Positions 38,568 to 47,786 of a stretch of 64,000 nucleotides of DNA are shown one piece after another. A program made the translations under genes and the position numbers. This DNA comes from Acidobacteriota bacterium (GTDB lineage Bacteria; Acidobacteriota; UBA890; WLXD01). Under the pieces are notes generated by a model, which did no database searches, had not been told where the DNA came from, and saw nothing but the letters and a program-made list of their open reading frames with translations. Numbering within the stretch: the first letter of the stretch is position 1; every line of letters begins with the position of its first letter. Location: positions 4,736,001 to 4,800,000 of the forward strand of contig CBDFKD010000002.1 of NCBI GenBank assembly GCA_965248695.1, written 5' to 3'.

Positions 38568-38831
38568 ATGGCCGCTGCGAAACGGACGTCGCCGACCTGG
38601 TGTGGCGCCGAGCTAGCGCCGCGAGCTCTGGACGAGGCGCGCGCGCGCCGCTTCGCTGAAGTCGTGCTCTGGGAGATCGACTCCAACGATCGGGGGCGGC
38701 ACTTCTACGCCGCGTTGGGCTTCCAGAGGGGCGGCACCACGCGGGTGTTCATCGAACGCCCCGATGCTGTTGTGCACGAGGAGCGGTACCGTATCGGTAC
38801 TCTCGTGACACCGGGCGGTGCAAATGACTGA
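38568..38831 (+). pseudogene. GNAT acetyltransferase remnant (C-terminal half only)
   Basis: 'VVLWEIDSNDRGRHFYAALGF' is a GNAT motif-B-like segment. No intact motif A or N-terminal half is recognisable upstream. Confidence 0.6.
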
Positions 38832-38872
38832 GATGCTGAAGTCTCCGTCAACCGTCCTGTTACGCGCCCTTC

Positions 38873-40891
38873 CTATCGGGCCGCCCCCTCGTCTGTAGCG
38901 GCAGGACCTCGGCGGGCGCGGCTTCGAACGAGGAGCTGCTCGCGGACCGCTCGATGCGCCTCGTCGATGGCCGAGTCCGTGTGCGTCGAGGCAGCAGCAT
39001 CGGAGTTGGCGATGGAGATCCGACCGAACCGCCGCCGCCCGACCACACACGGCCGGTCGTCGGGGGTAAACAGCGCCCACTCGATCGGATCGTCGAGCGT
39101 GTTGTAGCTGTAGGCGTAGCCGTGCGGCCAGCGATTCACAGTGATCGCTTCGATGTCCCGGGCCGGGTCGAAGCCCCCACCCTGCAGCATTCGCCCGAGC
39201 TGGTCGCGGATATTGCGCTCGAAGGTCTCGAAGGTGGTGGCCAACAGATCTTCTCGCCCAGCTCGATGCTGCTCTTTCTTCGGGAGTCCAGGGGCACAAG
39301 GCACCCTAGTCATGTGCAGGATCATCGGGTCGTCAGGCGATCTGGAAGGCTCGTAGTCACCGAACTGTATCGACCGGCCGAGGCTGGCGCCGCTGTGGTA
39401 CATCCCCGGTGCGGATACCCGTGAGATGCCCAGGTTGGTGAAGGACGTCCAGTCTCGGATGAGGACGTTGGTGTAGACCAGCGGCATCTTGACGCCATAC
39501 TTGAGCGCCACCTTCTGCTCATCGGACATCTCGGGGCACAGGTTCGGGATAATCCCGTTGTAGCAGCCCATCACACAGTGACGCGCCCGTACCTTCTCGG
39601 CCTTGCCGTCTCGCACATAGGTGATCTCGACCTCGCGGGCGGTGTCGGGATCGCCCAGGTGCCGGGCGGAGACGCCCATGCTGTTGAGGCGAATCCGGGC
39701 GTCGGAGCCATCGCGGTCGATGCGGTCGTACCTGAGGCGCGACGTCATCGAGTCTTCCAGCGTAGTACCCGGAAGCGCGTCGGGGATCATGGCGCGAACC
39801 AGCAGCCGGGCCAGGGTCGCGTTGCCGTCGGGGAAGTGGATGTCCGGTCGCTCATCCCACTCGTTCTCGCGTCCGTGTTGTCCGCCGCCGATGTGGGCCA
39901 GGGGGCCTACGGGGGACAAGGGCGCGAGGTTCATCCCCTGGAATCCGGGATACCCCTGGGCCCACGCATACAGCGCCGGATGGCCGTCGATGCCGACGCA
40001 GAAGCTGCCCTTGGGGCGGTCATCGAAGAACGGGATCACATCCGGGTGGACCTTGGCCAGATCCAGGATGAAGTCTCGATAGCTGATCCGAGCCAAGCGC
40101 TCCTTCTTGTCGGCATCCGACAGGCCGGGCATGTAGTCCGGGTTCGCACTGTCGTCGTAGAGCCGCGCGATGTCTCGCTGCGCCTCAGGTGACATTGGCG
40201 TCTTGGCGAGCCAACCCGGCCATCCACCGGACTGGCCACCGGATCGCCCACCGCGTCCCATCACCAGCCGATCCTCGCCGAACACCTCTTTGCTGAAGAA
40301 CGTGGCATTGCCGAGGCCCAGTGATCCGTAGAACCGCCTACCAGCAGCGCTGGTGGTATTCGCGCTGTCGATGTCGATGCCGACAGCCGCGAGAAGCGTC
40401 CTGGAGACGGCGCTGTAGTGGCCGACGGACTCCAGGTACGACGTGCCGCCGTTGAGCATCAGCGTGCGGCCGCGGTAGGTCATCTCGTTGCGCTTGGCAT
40501 GCCCACCGAAGTCATCGTGGTTGTCGAGCACCAGCACGCGCGCACCGGGCCCGGCCGAGGTGAGGAAGAAATAGGCCGCCGAGAGCCCGCTCAGCCCCCC
40601 GCCGACCACCACGCAGTCGTACGTCTCGCCGGTGTCGACGGCATCAGCCCAGGCGGTCCCGTCGCGCAGTGCATGGCCGGCTTCGAACGAGCCGGGGTGG
40701 CTGCCCCGCATGCCGGTCAGGGCGGGTGGATAGTAATCCTGCGTCAGGGACGCATGGGGTGTGGCCTCGCGCGTGGGAAACCAGCTCGGTGCGAGGAGTG
40801 ACCCTCCGACCGCGACACCGACGCCGTTGACGAAATCCCGCCGGGTGATGTCCCGACGCATCCCGAGCTCACGATCCTTACTCCTGGACAC
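38873..40891 (-). CDS. FAD-dependent oxidoreductase, spermidine dehydrogenase (SpdH)-like, Tat signal
   Basis: 'ITRRDFVNG', 'YYPPALTGMRGSHPGSFE', 'DNHDDFGGHAKRNE', 'NRWPHGYAY'. True start is probably GTG 40891, not the 41725 ORF start. Confidence 0.88.
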   Translation of the reverse strand: MSRSKDRELGMRRDITRRDFVNGVGVAVGGSLLAPSWFPTREATPHASLTQDYYPPALTGMRGSHPGSFEAGHALRDGTAWADAVDTGETYDCVVVGGGLSGLSAAYFFLTSAGPGARVLVLDNHDDFGGHAKRNEMTYRGRTLMLNGGTSYLESVGHYSAVSRTLLAAVGIDIDSANTTSAAGRRFYGSLGLGNATFFSKEVFGEDRLVMGRGGRSGGQSGGWPGWLAKTPMSPEAQRDIARLYDDSANPDYMPGLSDADKKERLARISYRDFILDLAKVHPDVIPFFDDRPKGSFCVGIDGHPALYAWAQGYPGFQGMNLAPLSPVGPLAHIGGGQHGRENEWDERPDIHFPDGNATLARLLVRAMIPDALPGTTLEDSMTSRLRYDRIDRDGSDARIRLNSMGVSARHLGDPDTAREVEITYVRDGKAEKVRARHCVMGCYNGIIPNLCPEMSDEQKVALKYGVKMPLVYTNVLIRDWTSFTNLGISRVSAPGMYHSGASLGRSIQFGDYEPSRSPDDPMILHMTRVPCAPGLPKKEQHRAGREDLLATTFETFERNIRDQLGRMLQGGGFDPARDIEAITVNRWPHGYAYSYNTLDDPIEWALFTPDDRPCVVGRRRFGRISIANSDAAASTHTDSAIDEAHRAVREQLLVRSRARRGPAATDEGAAR

Positions 40892-41042
40892 GGCACCCTC
40901 CGGAATTGCTGAAGTTGAGCGGCGCGTGGCGCCGATCTCTGTCGTCGACAAGGCTATGCCCCGGTGCGCTCCAGGACAATGTGGATTCGCACTCCGTATT
41001 CGCGCTAGCCGCCGTAGAAACGCAGCACGGTGTGTAGCCGAT

Positions 41043-43241
41043 TCAGCCCGGCATCCCCGTCGGCACCAGCGGTAGGGCCCGGAGCCGGACGCCGCTGGCG
41101 TCGAAGATAGCGTTGCCGACGGCCGGCGCGATGCCGACGATGGGGGTCTCTCCAGCGCCCACAGAGGCAAGATCCTGGCGGTCGACGAGGACCGTTTCGA
41201 TCTCGGGGACGTCGCTGAAGCGTGGCACTCGATAGTCTGACAAGCGCGGGTTGAGGATGCGCCCGTTCTCGAAGCGGATGGCCTCGAATAGCGCGCCGCC
41301 GAGACCCTGGACGAGGGAGCCTTCGACCTGGCTCCGGAGGTGGACCGGGTTGACGATCGCACCGCATTCGAACGCTTGAGTTGCTCGCAGAACGCGTACG
41401 TCGCCGGCGGAGCTGATCTCGACCTCGGCACAACAGGCGACGTAGCTACCCTTCTCGGTACCGATGCCGAGACCGACGCCACGTCCGCCGCGTGCGGTCG
41501 CACCGTCCCAACCGAAGGCATCGGCGGCTGCCACGAGAACATCGCGCAGCCGCCCGGCGTCGAGGTTGCGCAGCCGAATCTCCAGTGGGTCGATGCCCAC
41601 CGCCGCGGCGAGCTCGTCCATGGCAGTTTCCCGAGCGAACACGTTGGAGGTCGCGGCCAGGCCCCGATAGGAGCCCTGACGGAGCGGATAGGCGGTGCGG
41701 TGGAAATGAACGCTCCGGTTGGCAACTGCGTAGGGCGTCGATAGCGCCGAGGCGCCCGAGTTGTAGTTGTGGTACTCCCAGGCGGTCAGACGGCCGTCGG
41801 CGTCGGCTGCCGCGCGCACGTCGATGACGCCAGCGGGGCGGAAGTAAGCCCAGGTGAACTCCTCCTCGCGTGTCCACGTCAGGCGCACCGGACGCCCCGC
41901 TGCTCGGGCAAGGCGAGACGCTTCGACGGCCGCCTCGCCGGTGTGCTTGCCGCCGTACCCGGAGCCGGTATCCGGCATGATCACGCGCACGCGATCCTCC
42001 GGAATTCGGAAGGTCTCGGCCAGTTCGGTGCGGACGCCGAACGGTCGCTGTGTGCCGGTGTGCACGGCGAGCCGGTCGCCGTTCCAGGAGGCGACCGCGG
42101 CACGCGGTTCCAACGGCACGTGCTGGATGTACGCAACCTCGTAGGTCGCGTCGATGGATACCGCCGCACTCTCGAAGGCGGCTTCGCGCGCGCCGGTCAC
42201 CTCGGTGCGAGCGCGGCCGAAGCCACCATCAGATTCGTCGGAGACGTTGTCACGCAGATACCCGTACAGCTCCCTGTCGTCCGGCTGAGCGGGCGCTGAC
42301 CACTCCGCGCGGATTGACGCCAGGGCGGTCTCGGCCTCATCGAGCGTCGGCGCGGCGACCCCTACGAAGTCGCCGTCGTGCACCACCGTTACGCCCGGCA
42401 GGGCTTCGGCCGCCGACAGGTCGATGTGCTCGAGGCGTGCGTTGAACGCCGTCGGTCGCAGCACCTTTCCATGGAGCATGTCTGGGAGGCTCACGTCAGT
42501 CGGGTATCGGTGGGCGCCGGTCACGAACCCCACGCCGGCCACCTTCGAGGCGCTCGAACCGGATACCGCCCATTGTGCCGGAGCAGTCACCGGCTCCTCG
42601 TCGAGCACCGTCTGGAGCAATTCCCGCCCGCCCGTCAGCTCGCCGAGGGTCACGGCGCGTCCGGAGGGCTGATGCGAGATCCGGCCCGTTGACACAGTCA
42701 ATGTCGCCACGTCGACGCCGAGCCTCTCGGCCGCGAGCTCGAGCAACGTCTTCCGCGCCGCAGCGGCGATCTTACGAAGATGCGACGACATGACCGGAGT
42801 CGTCTGGCTGCCGAACGTACCGCGGTCGTAGGGCACGCGATCGGTGTCGCCCATGACCAGCTGGACGGCGTCGGTCGGGACCCGCAGTTCCTCGCAAACT
42901 GCCTGGGTCAGCGACGTGCGGATGTTCTGCCCGACCTCTACCTTGCCAGTGAAGACGGTGATCTCACCGTTGTCACCGATGTGTAGCCAGGCAGCGATCT
43001 CACCGGGCATCGTGCGGCGCCCGCCACGACCGGACTCCTGTGCGGCGGTGTCGACCGGTAGCACCATCGCCACCGCAAGCCCGGCGCCGAGAGCTCGAAA
43101 CAGCTCGCGCCGATCCAGGGCGAACACATAGGCCGGGCGTTCGCTCAGCTCGTAGCGCTCAGGCTCGAGCTCGACGGGCACCAGCGACTCCTGCTCGGTG
43201 GGGCGCGACACGGCGGCTCCGTCGCGAGGGCGGTCGCTCAT
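41043..43241 (-). CDS. Xanthine dehydrogenase family molybdopterin-binding subunit
   Basis: 'GKVEVGQ', 'HVPLEPR', 'GSGYGGKH', 'YRGL', 'GAGETP'. ATGA-coupled to the upstream Fe-S gene. Confidence 0.92.
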   Translation of the reverse strand: MSDRPRDGAAVSRPTEQESLVPVELEPERYELSERPAYVFALDRRELFRALGAGLAVAMVLPVDTAAQESGRGGRRTMPGEIAAWLHIGDNGEITVFTGKVEVGQNIRTSLTQAVCEELRVPTDAVQLVMGDTDRVPYDRGTFGSQTTPVMSSHLRKIAAAARKTLLELAAERLGVDVATLTVSTGRISHQPSGRAVTLGELTGGRELLQTVLDEEPVTAPAQWAVSGSSASKVAGVGFVTGAHRYPTDVSLPDMLHGKVLRPTAFNARLEHIDLSAAEALPGVTVVHDGDFVGVAAPTLDEAETALASIRAEWSAPAQPDDRELYGYLRDNVSDESDGGFGRARTEVTGAREAAFESAAVSIDATYEVAYIQHVPLEPRAAVASWNGDRLAVHTGTQRPFGVRTELAETFRIPEDRVRVIMPDTGSGYGGKHTGEAAVEASRLARAAGRPVRLTWTREEEFTWAYFRPAGVIDVRAAADADGRLTAWEYHNYNSGASALSTPYAVANRSVHFHRTAYPLRQGSYRGLAATSNVFARETAMDELAAAVGIDPLEIRLRNLDAGRLRDVLVAAADAFGWDGATARGGRGVGLGIGTEKGSYVACCAEVEISSAGDVRVLRATQAFECGAIVNPVHLRSQVEGSLVQGLGGALFEAIRFENGRILNPRLSDYRVPRFSDVPEIETVLVDRQDLASVGAGETPIVGIAPAVGNAIFDASGVRLRALPLVPTGMPG

Positions 43242-43762
43242 CGCTCGTCCTCGGGAGCAGTCTCGCTGACGGACTGGATGGCGGCGACGATACGGTGGTA
43301 CACGCCGCAGCGGCAGACGTTGCCCTCCATGTGGCGGGTGATCTCTCGCGCCGACGGGTTCGGGTTGCGTCTCAGCAGCGCCACCCCGGAGACGATCATT
43401 CCGGATGTGCAGTAGCCGCACTGCAGGGCATCCTGACGAAGGAAAGCTCTTTGTAGCGGATGCAGCTGACCGTCTCGGGCAAGACCCTCGATCGTCGTGA
43501 TCGCCCGGCCGCGGAGATCACCAACGGCCGTGATGCACGAGCGCCGCGGTGTGCCGTCGACGAGCACAGTGCACGCGCCGCACTGACCTTCACCGCAGCC
43601 GTAGTGGCTTCCGGTGAGGCCGAGATCGTCGCGCAGCACCGACAGGAGCAGTCTGTGAGGATCGACATCGACGCGGACGTTCTTACCGTTGATGCGCAGC
43701 TCGGCGAGCCGACGCGCTCTCAGCGCTGCAGGTCGCCTGATACTTCCGTGTTCGGTTGACAT
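43238..43762 (-). CDS. (2Fe-2S)-binding small subunit
   Basis: 'YGCGEGQCGACTV', 'QCGYCTSG', 'NVCRCG'. Start uncertain (43762 or 43834). Confidence 0.92.
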   Translation of the reverse strand: MSTEHGSIRRPAALRARRLAELRINGKNVRVDVDPHRLLLSVLRDDLGLTGSHYGCGEGQCGACTVLVDGTPRRSCITAVGDLRGRAITTIEGLARDGQLHPLQRAFLRQDALQCGYCTSGMIVSGVALLRRNPNPSAREITRHMEGNVCRCGVYHRIVAAIQSVSETAPEDER

Positions 43763-43855
43763 GTGCCCAGAGGCTATCGCCACCGCGTCGTCGACGACAG
43801 GGGGCGCTGGAACGGTGCTTCGCTCGGTAGCCATAGTGCCCGGCCGTCGACAGCG

Positions 43856-45801
43856 TCAGGAGACGACTAGGATCACTTCTGCTGAGGCATCGCCGATGCC
43901 GCAGGCGTGGACCGTCCGCACGCGCACGAAGTACGTGCCCGCAGCGACTCCGTTCGCCACGAAAGTCGTGCCGGTGCTCCCGGTGTCGAAGTTGGCCAGG
44001 TCGGATAGTCCCGTCGTAGATCCCGCCTCGATCATGTACGAGGTGGCAGCCTCGGCCCCCGGAGTCCAGCTGAGCGTGATTCGGGAGCCACTGGCCGAGG
44101 CGGTCAGGTTTCCCGGCACGCCGGCCGTTGTGTCGCAAGCGCTCGTGGGGTCCTCGACCATGGCCACCACGTTATTGGATTGTGCGCTCGTCCCGGCAGC
44201 GTTCACGGCGCTCACGGTGAGGTTGAAGGTCGCGCTGGCAACATTCGTGGCCGTGAACGAGGTGCTGGCGTTGCCGGTGTTGAAGTCCGCCAGATCGTTG
44301 CCAGAGGGAGCGGAGCCGGCCTGGATCCGATACGAGGTGGGCTCTCCGCCCGCGGCGGGTGCGCTCCATTCCAGGGCCACCGTCGAGTCGTTGACCTCCA
44401 CCTCCAGCTCTTCCGGGGGGCCGGGCGCCGTCGCCTCGCGGCCGGATAGCCTGCGTCGATCACGGGCGAGCCACCAACCAGCGTGTAGCCCTCGGTGATG
44501 CTGTCGCCAAAAGCCAGCCAGCGGCGTGACGAGGACATCTTGCCGACGATCGGTGCGGGGAACGAGCTTGTCGGGGCCACGTCGGCCGCCCGCCCCACGA
44601 CCACCTGAAGATCTGCGGCCCCACCTCGGGACCGGGCACCGGCGCCCTCCGCCACGGTCAGCCCGCCGCGCAGGTTCTTCCATCCCAGACGAAGCCGGCC
44701 GTCGGCGGTGGCTGCAGCGGCGATGTCGGCGTTGGCCGACAGGACGACATCTCGGGGCCGTTGCCACGAACGCTCGCCGAGGCGACTCCAGCGCACGACG
44801 CTTCGCTTTGAACCCGGGATGTTCTCGGCCACTGTCCAGATCAGGCTCAATTGGCCCCGCGAGGCCAGCGCGATCGGAGAGCTGCTAGCGCTGCGTGAGA
44901 CCGTTCGCGGCGCGTCCCATCCTTGCCGAGGATGCCCGACAACGGCTTCCGTCCAGTATGCGTGTTTCCGGAAGGAGCTCCAGGCGATCAACCAGCGGTC
45001 GCCGCTCACGGCGATGCTTGGCGCAACGTCGGGTGTCTCGTCGCGTGTCAGCGCAAGCGGTCGATCCCATCCCGCCGACCCGCGCCAGCTCACCCATATC
45101 TCGGCGTGGCCAGCATCATCGGCGGCCCAGACGACAGCTGGCAACCCTCGATCGCTCACTGCGATCGCCGGAGCCATGGGCTCGCCGGATGGCTGCGGCA
45201 AGCGTTCGGGAGAGCTCCAGCCGTCACCCAGCCGCTGCGACGCGTAGAGACCGGGGCGTCCGCGGTTGCCGACTTCATCGGACGCAATCCACACAGCCCA
45301 GAGTGATTCGCCACCCGAGGCCAGTGCAGGGTGACGATTGTATGCCCCGGCTGAAGGGCCGTTCTCGGGGGGCTGCCAGCGCCCCCGGTCGTATTGCTGC
45401 GCCCAGAGCCGGCTTGCCGACCCTCGAGATCGCGATGCGACGACCCAGGTCGAGCCATCGGCTCGAGCCGCAGCCGCAGGCTGGCCGTCGCGACCGGTCG
45501 ACGCAGGTCCGAGGCGGCGCGCCGGCATCTCCGGCGGCACCGCACCGTACACGCTGGTGCCAGCCACGGAGTCATCGGCAGCGCGCCAGATCGAAGCCGG
45601 TGTGTCGGCTGCCGTCACCACCGGGAGCCCGACGAACAGCCGCTCGCGAGCGCCTTGCACGGAGGCCAGCCCGGCGCTGATCTGGGGCGTCGCCAGGCCG
45701 ATGGAAACCAAGCACACCAGCAACAGTCGAGGACTCCATCCGTGATGCCTCCGCGGTGCATTGAACCGGGCGGCGCTGGTGCTCTGACGGGTGGAACTCA
45801 T
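43856..45801 (-). pseudogene. Secreted multidomain protein (repeat N-terminus + truncated SGNH/GDSL + two FN3 domains), frame-disrupted near 44440
   Basis: ORF 45801 has a signal peptide and reaches 'AFGDSITEGY...GYPA', then loses sense. A different frame carries 'PGPPEELEVEVNDSTVALEW...YRIQAGS' and a second FN3 to the stop at 43856 but has no start of its own. Confidence 0.75.
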
Positions 45802-46346
45802 CGACGCTGGCTGGTGACCGGGGGCTCGCGGTTGGGCGCGAAATGGAGAGAGGGAGACGTGTTGGCCACCGGATGCTACTGGGAGTCCAAGCGCGCGGCA
45901 AGAGGGGGTTTGGACGCCGGGGAGTGAGGCGTAGACACGTCAGTCTGGAGGGGACAACGGCGGTCAAGTACGCTCTCAGCTACGCAGGTATTGACATCGA
46001 GACACGCCGAATCCGTCTGCAGCACCTCGTTCAGAATCGACGCCTAGCGCGTCTTCTCCGGAGCCGGATTCGGACGGTCATCCGCTGAGCCGAACGGCGT
46101 GTCGCGTCGGGTCGTTTCGAATACCACGAATCCTCAGCGCGCAGACGAGGTCGTATCCAGGGTCGGGGCCGTCGTGTCGCACCATCGCCGACGGAAGCAA
46201 GGTTACGGCGAGCGTTGCCGGGACGATCGCGTGCGCCTATTCTTGGCCGACCTCGAGCCGCGCATGCGCCACCGATGTCGGTACGGCGGTTCCTGAGACG
46301 AGCCGGCCACCGGCCCGACTGGAAGCCTGCTGCAGGACCGGAGATC

Positions 46347-47588
46347 ATGAACGCCGCCACCGCTACCACCGAGCAGATCCGCCGGCAGTTCCCCGCGCTG
46401 GGGCGACAGTGTCAGGGGCTGCCGGTCGCCTATTTCGACGGCCCGGGTGGCACCCAGGTGCCCCGTTCGGTCGTCGAAGCGATGGTCGAGTACCTCTACG
46501 GCCACAACGCGAACGCCGGCTGGGCCTATCCATCCAGCCAGGAGACGGACGGTCATATCGCCGCGGCCCGCGAAGCCGTCGCATGCCTGCTCAACGCGAC
46601 GCCGTCCGAGATCGTGTTCGGGGCGAACATGACCACCCTGACGTATCGCTTGGCTCGCGTCCTCGGGCATGTGTACGGACCGGAGGCGGAGATTCTCGTC
46701 AACGAGCTCGAGCATCACGCCAACGTCGATCCGTGGATCGAGCTCGGACGGCAAACAGGAGCCCGGGTCAGGTCGGCGAAGATGGATCCGTCCACCGGAC
46801 AGATCGACTGGCCGGATCTCGAGCGTCAGTGCAGCCCGCGCACGCGTCTGATTGCCATCGGCGCCGCATCCAACGCCCTGGGCACCATCAACGAAGTAGC
46901 CCGGGCGTCCGAGCTGGCACGAAGCGTCGGGGCGCACCTGTTCGTCGACGCGGTGCATCTGGCCGCCCACGAGCTCATCGATGTTCGAGCGATGGGGTGC
47001 GATTTCCTGGTCTGCTCGTCCTACAAGTTCTACGGGCCTCACATGGGAGCCCTCTTCCTTCGCGGCGAGCTTCTGAGCTCACTCGAGTTCCCGCGGGTCG
47101 CGCCGGCGCCGGATTGCGCTCCCGATCGGGCTGAGACCGGTACCCGGAATCATGAGGGGCTCGCCGGGGTCACGGCCGCGGTCGACTTTCTCGCCTCGTG
47201 CGGCGCGGGCGAGGTCCGGCGTCAACGACTCGAGAGCTTCTTCGAGAGCCAGCAAACGGCTGGCGCCGAGCTGACGCGCCAGTTGTGGGACGGGCTATCC
47301 GCCATCGCCGGGGTCCGCGTCGTCGGTCCTCCTCCGGAGGTGCCGCGCACGCCGACCGTCAGCTTTGTCGTCGAGGGGATAGAGGCTGAGGCGGTAAGCG
47401 CCCGGCTGGCTCAGGAGGCCATCTTCACCTCGCACGGGGACTTCTATGCCAGTACGGCCGTTGCCCGATTGGGGTTCTCCCAGCAGGGTCTGGTGCGCGC
47501 CGGTTGTGCTTGCTACACGACTACCGCCGAGGTAGAGCGGTTGGTGGACGGCGTGCGACGCATTGCCGCTGGAGGAGACGGCCCATGA
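46347..47588 (+). CDS. Cysteine desulfurase-like protein (class V PLP aminotransferase)
   Basis: 'YFDGPGGTQVP', 'GANMTTL', 'VDAVH', 'SSYKFYGPH', 'ETGT'. Confidence 0.92.
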   Translation: MNAATATTEQIRRQFPALGRQCQGLPVAYFDGPGGTQVPRSVVEAMVEYLYGHNANAGWAYPSSQETDGHIAAAREAVACLLNATPSEIVFGANMTTLTYRLARVLGHVYGPEAEILVNELEHHANVDPWIELGRQTGARVRSAKMDPSTGQIDWPDLERQCSPRTRLIAIGAASNALGTINEVARASELARSVGAHLFVDAVHLAAHELIDVRAMGCDFLVCSSYKFYGPHMGALFLRGELLSSLEFPRVAPAPDCAPDRAETGTRNHEGLAGVTAAVDFLASCGAGEVRRQRLESFFESQQTAGAELTRQLWDGLSAIAGVRVVGPPPEVPRTPTVSFVVEGIEAEAVSARLAQEAIFTSHGDFYASTAVARLGFSQQGLVRAGCACYTTTAEVERLVDGVRRIAAGGDGP

Positions 47589-47758
47589 CCATCGGTCCGG
47601 GCGAAGCCGTTGTCGAGACGCTCGTGTTGAACAACAACTCCTGGGACGCCGAAGTGGCCAGCGTGATCGAGGTCCTCGTGGATCCCGAGGAGATACCTTT
47701 CCCGGCGCGCGCCGCCGACATCTATACCAACTGGAAGCCGCCCGAGCCGGCGGGATGA
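47585..47758 (+). pseudogene. 57-aa remnant of a thiamine-diphosphate (TPP)-dependent enzyme with internal deletions
   Basis: ATGA-coupled start. 'GEAVVETL' (TPP enzyme N-terminus) + 'VLNNNSW' (end of the TPP-binding motif) + 'VIEVLVDPEE' (C-terminal strand), all fused in one frame. Confidence 0.65.
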
Positions 47759-47786
47759 CCGGCAGGCGTCGCAAGCAGATCTGAAT

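Noticed and set aside
40892-41725. 950-aa version of the SpdH-like ORF (apparent N-terminal fusion)
   Set aside because: The extension overlaps the Mo-subunit gene in another frame and is low-complexity. The Tat-type N-terminus begins at about 40891.
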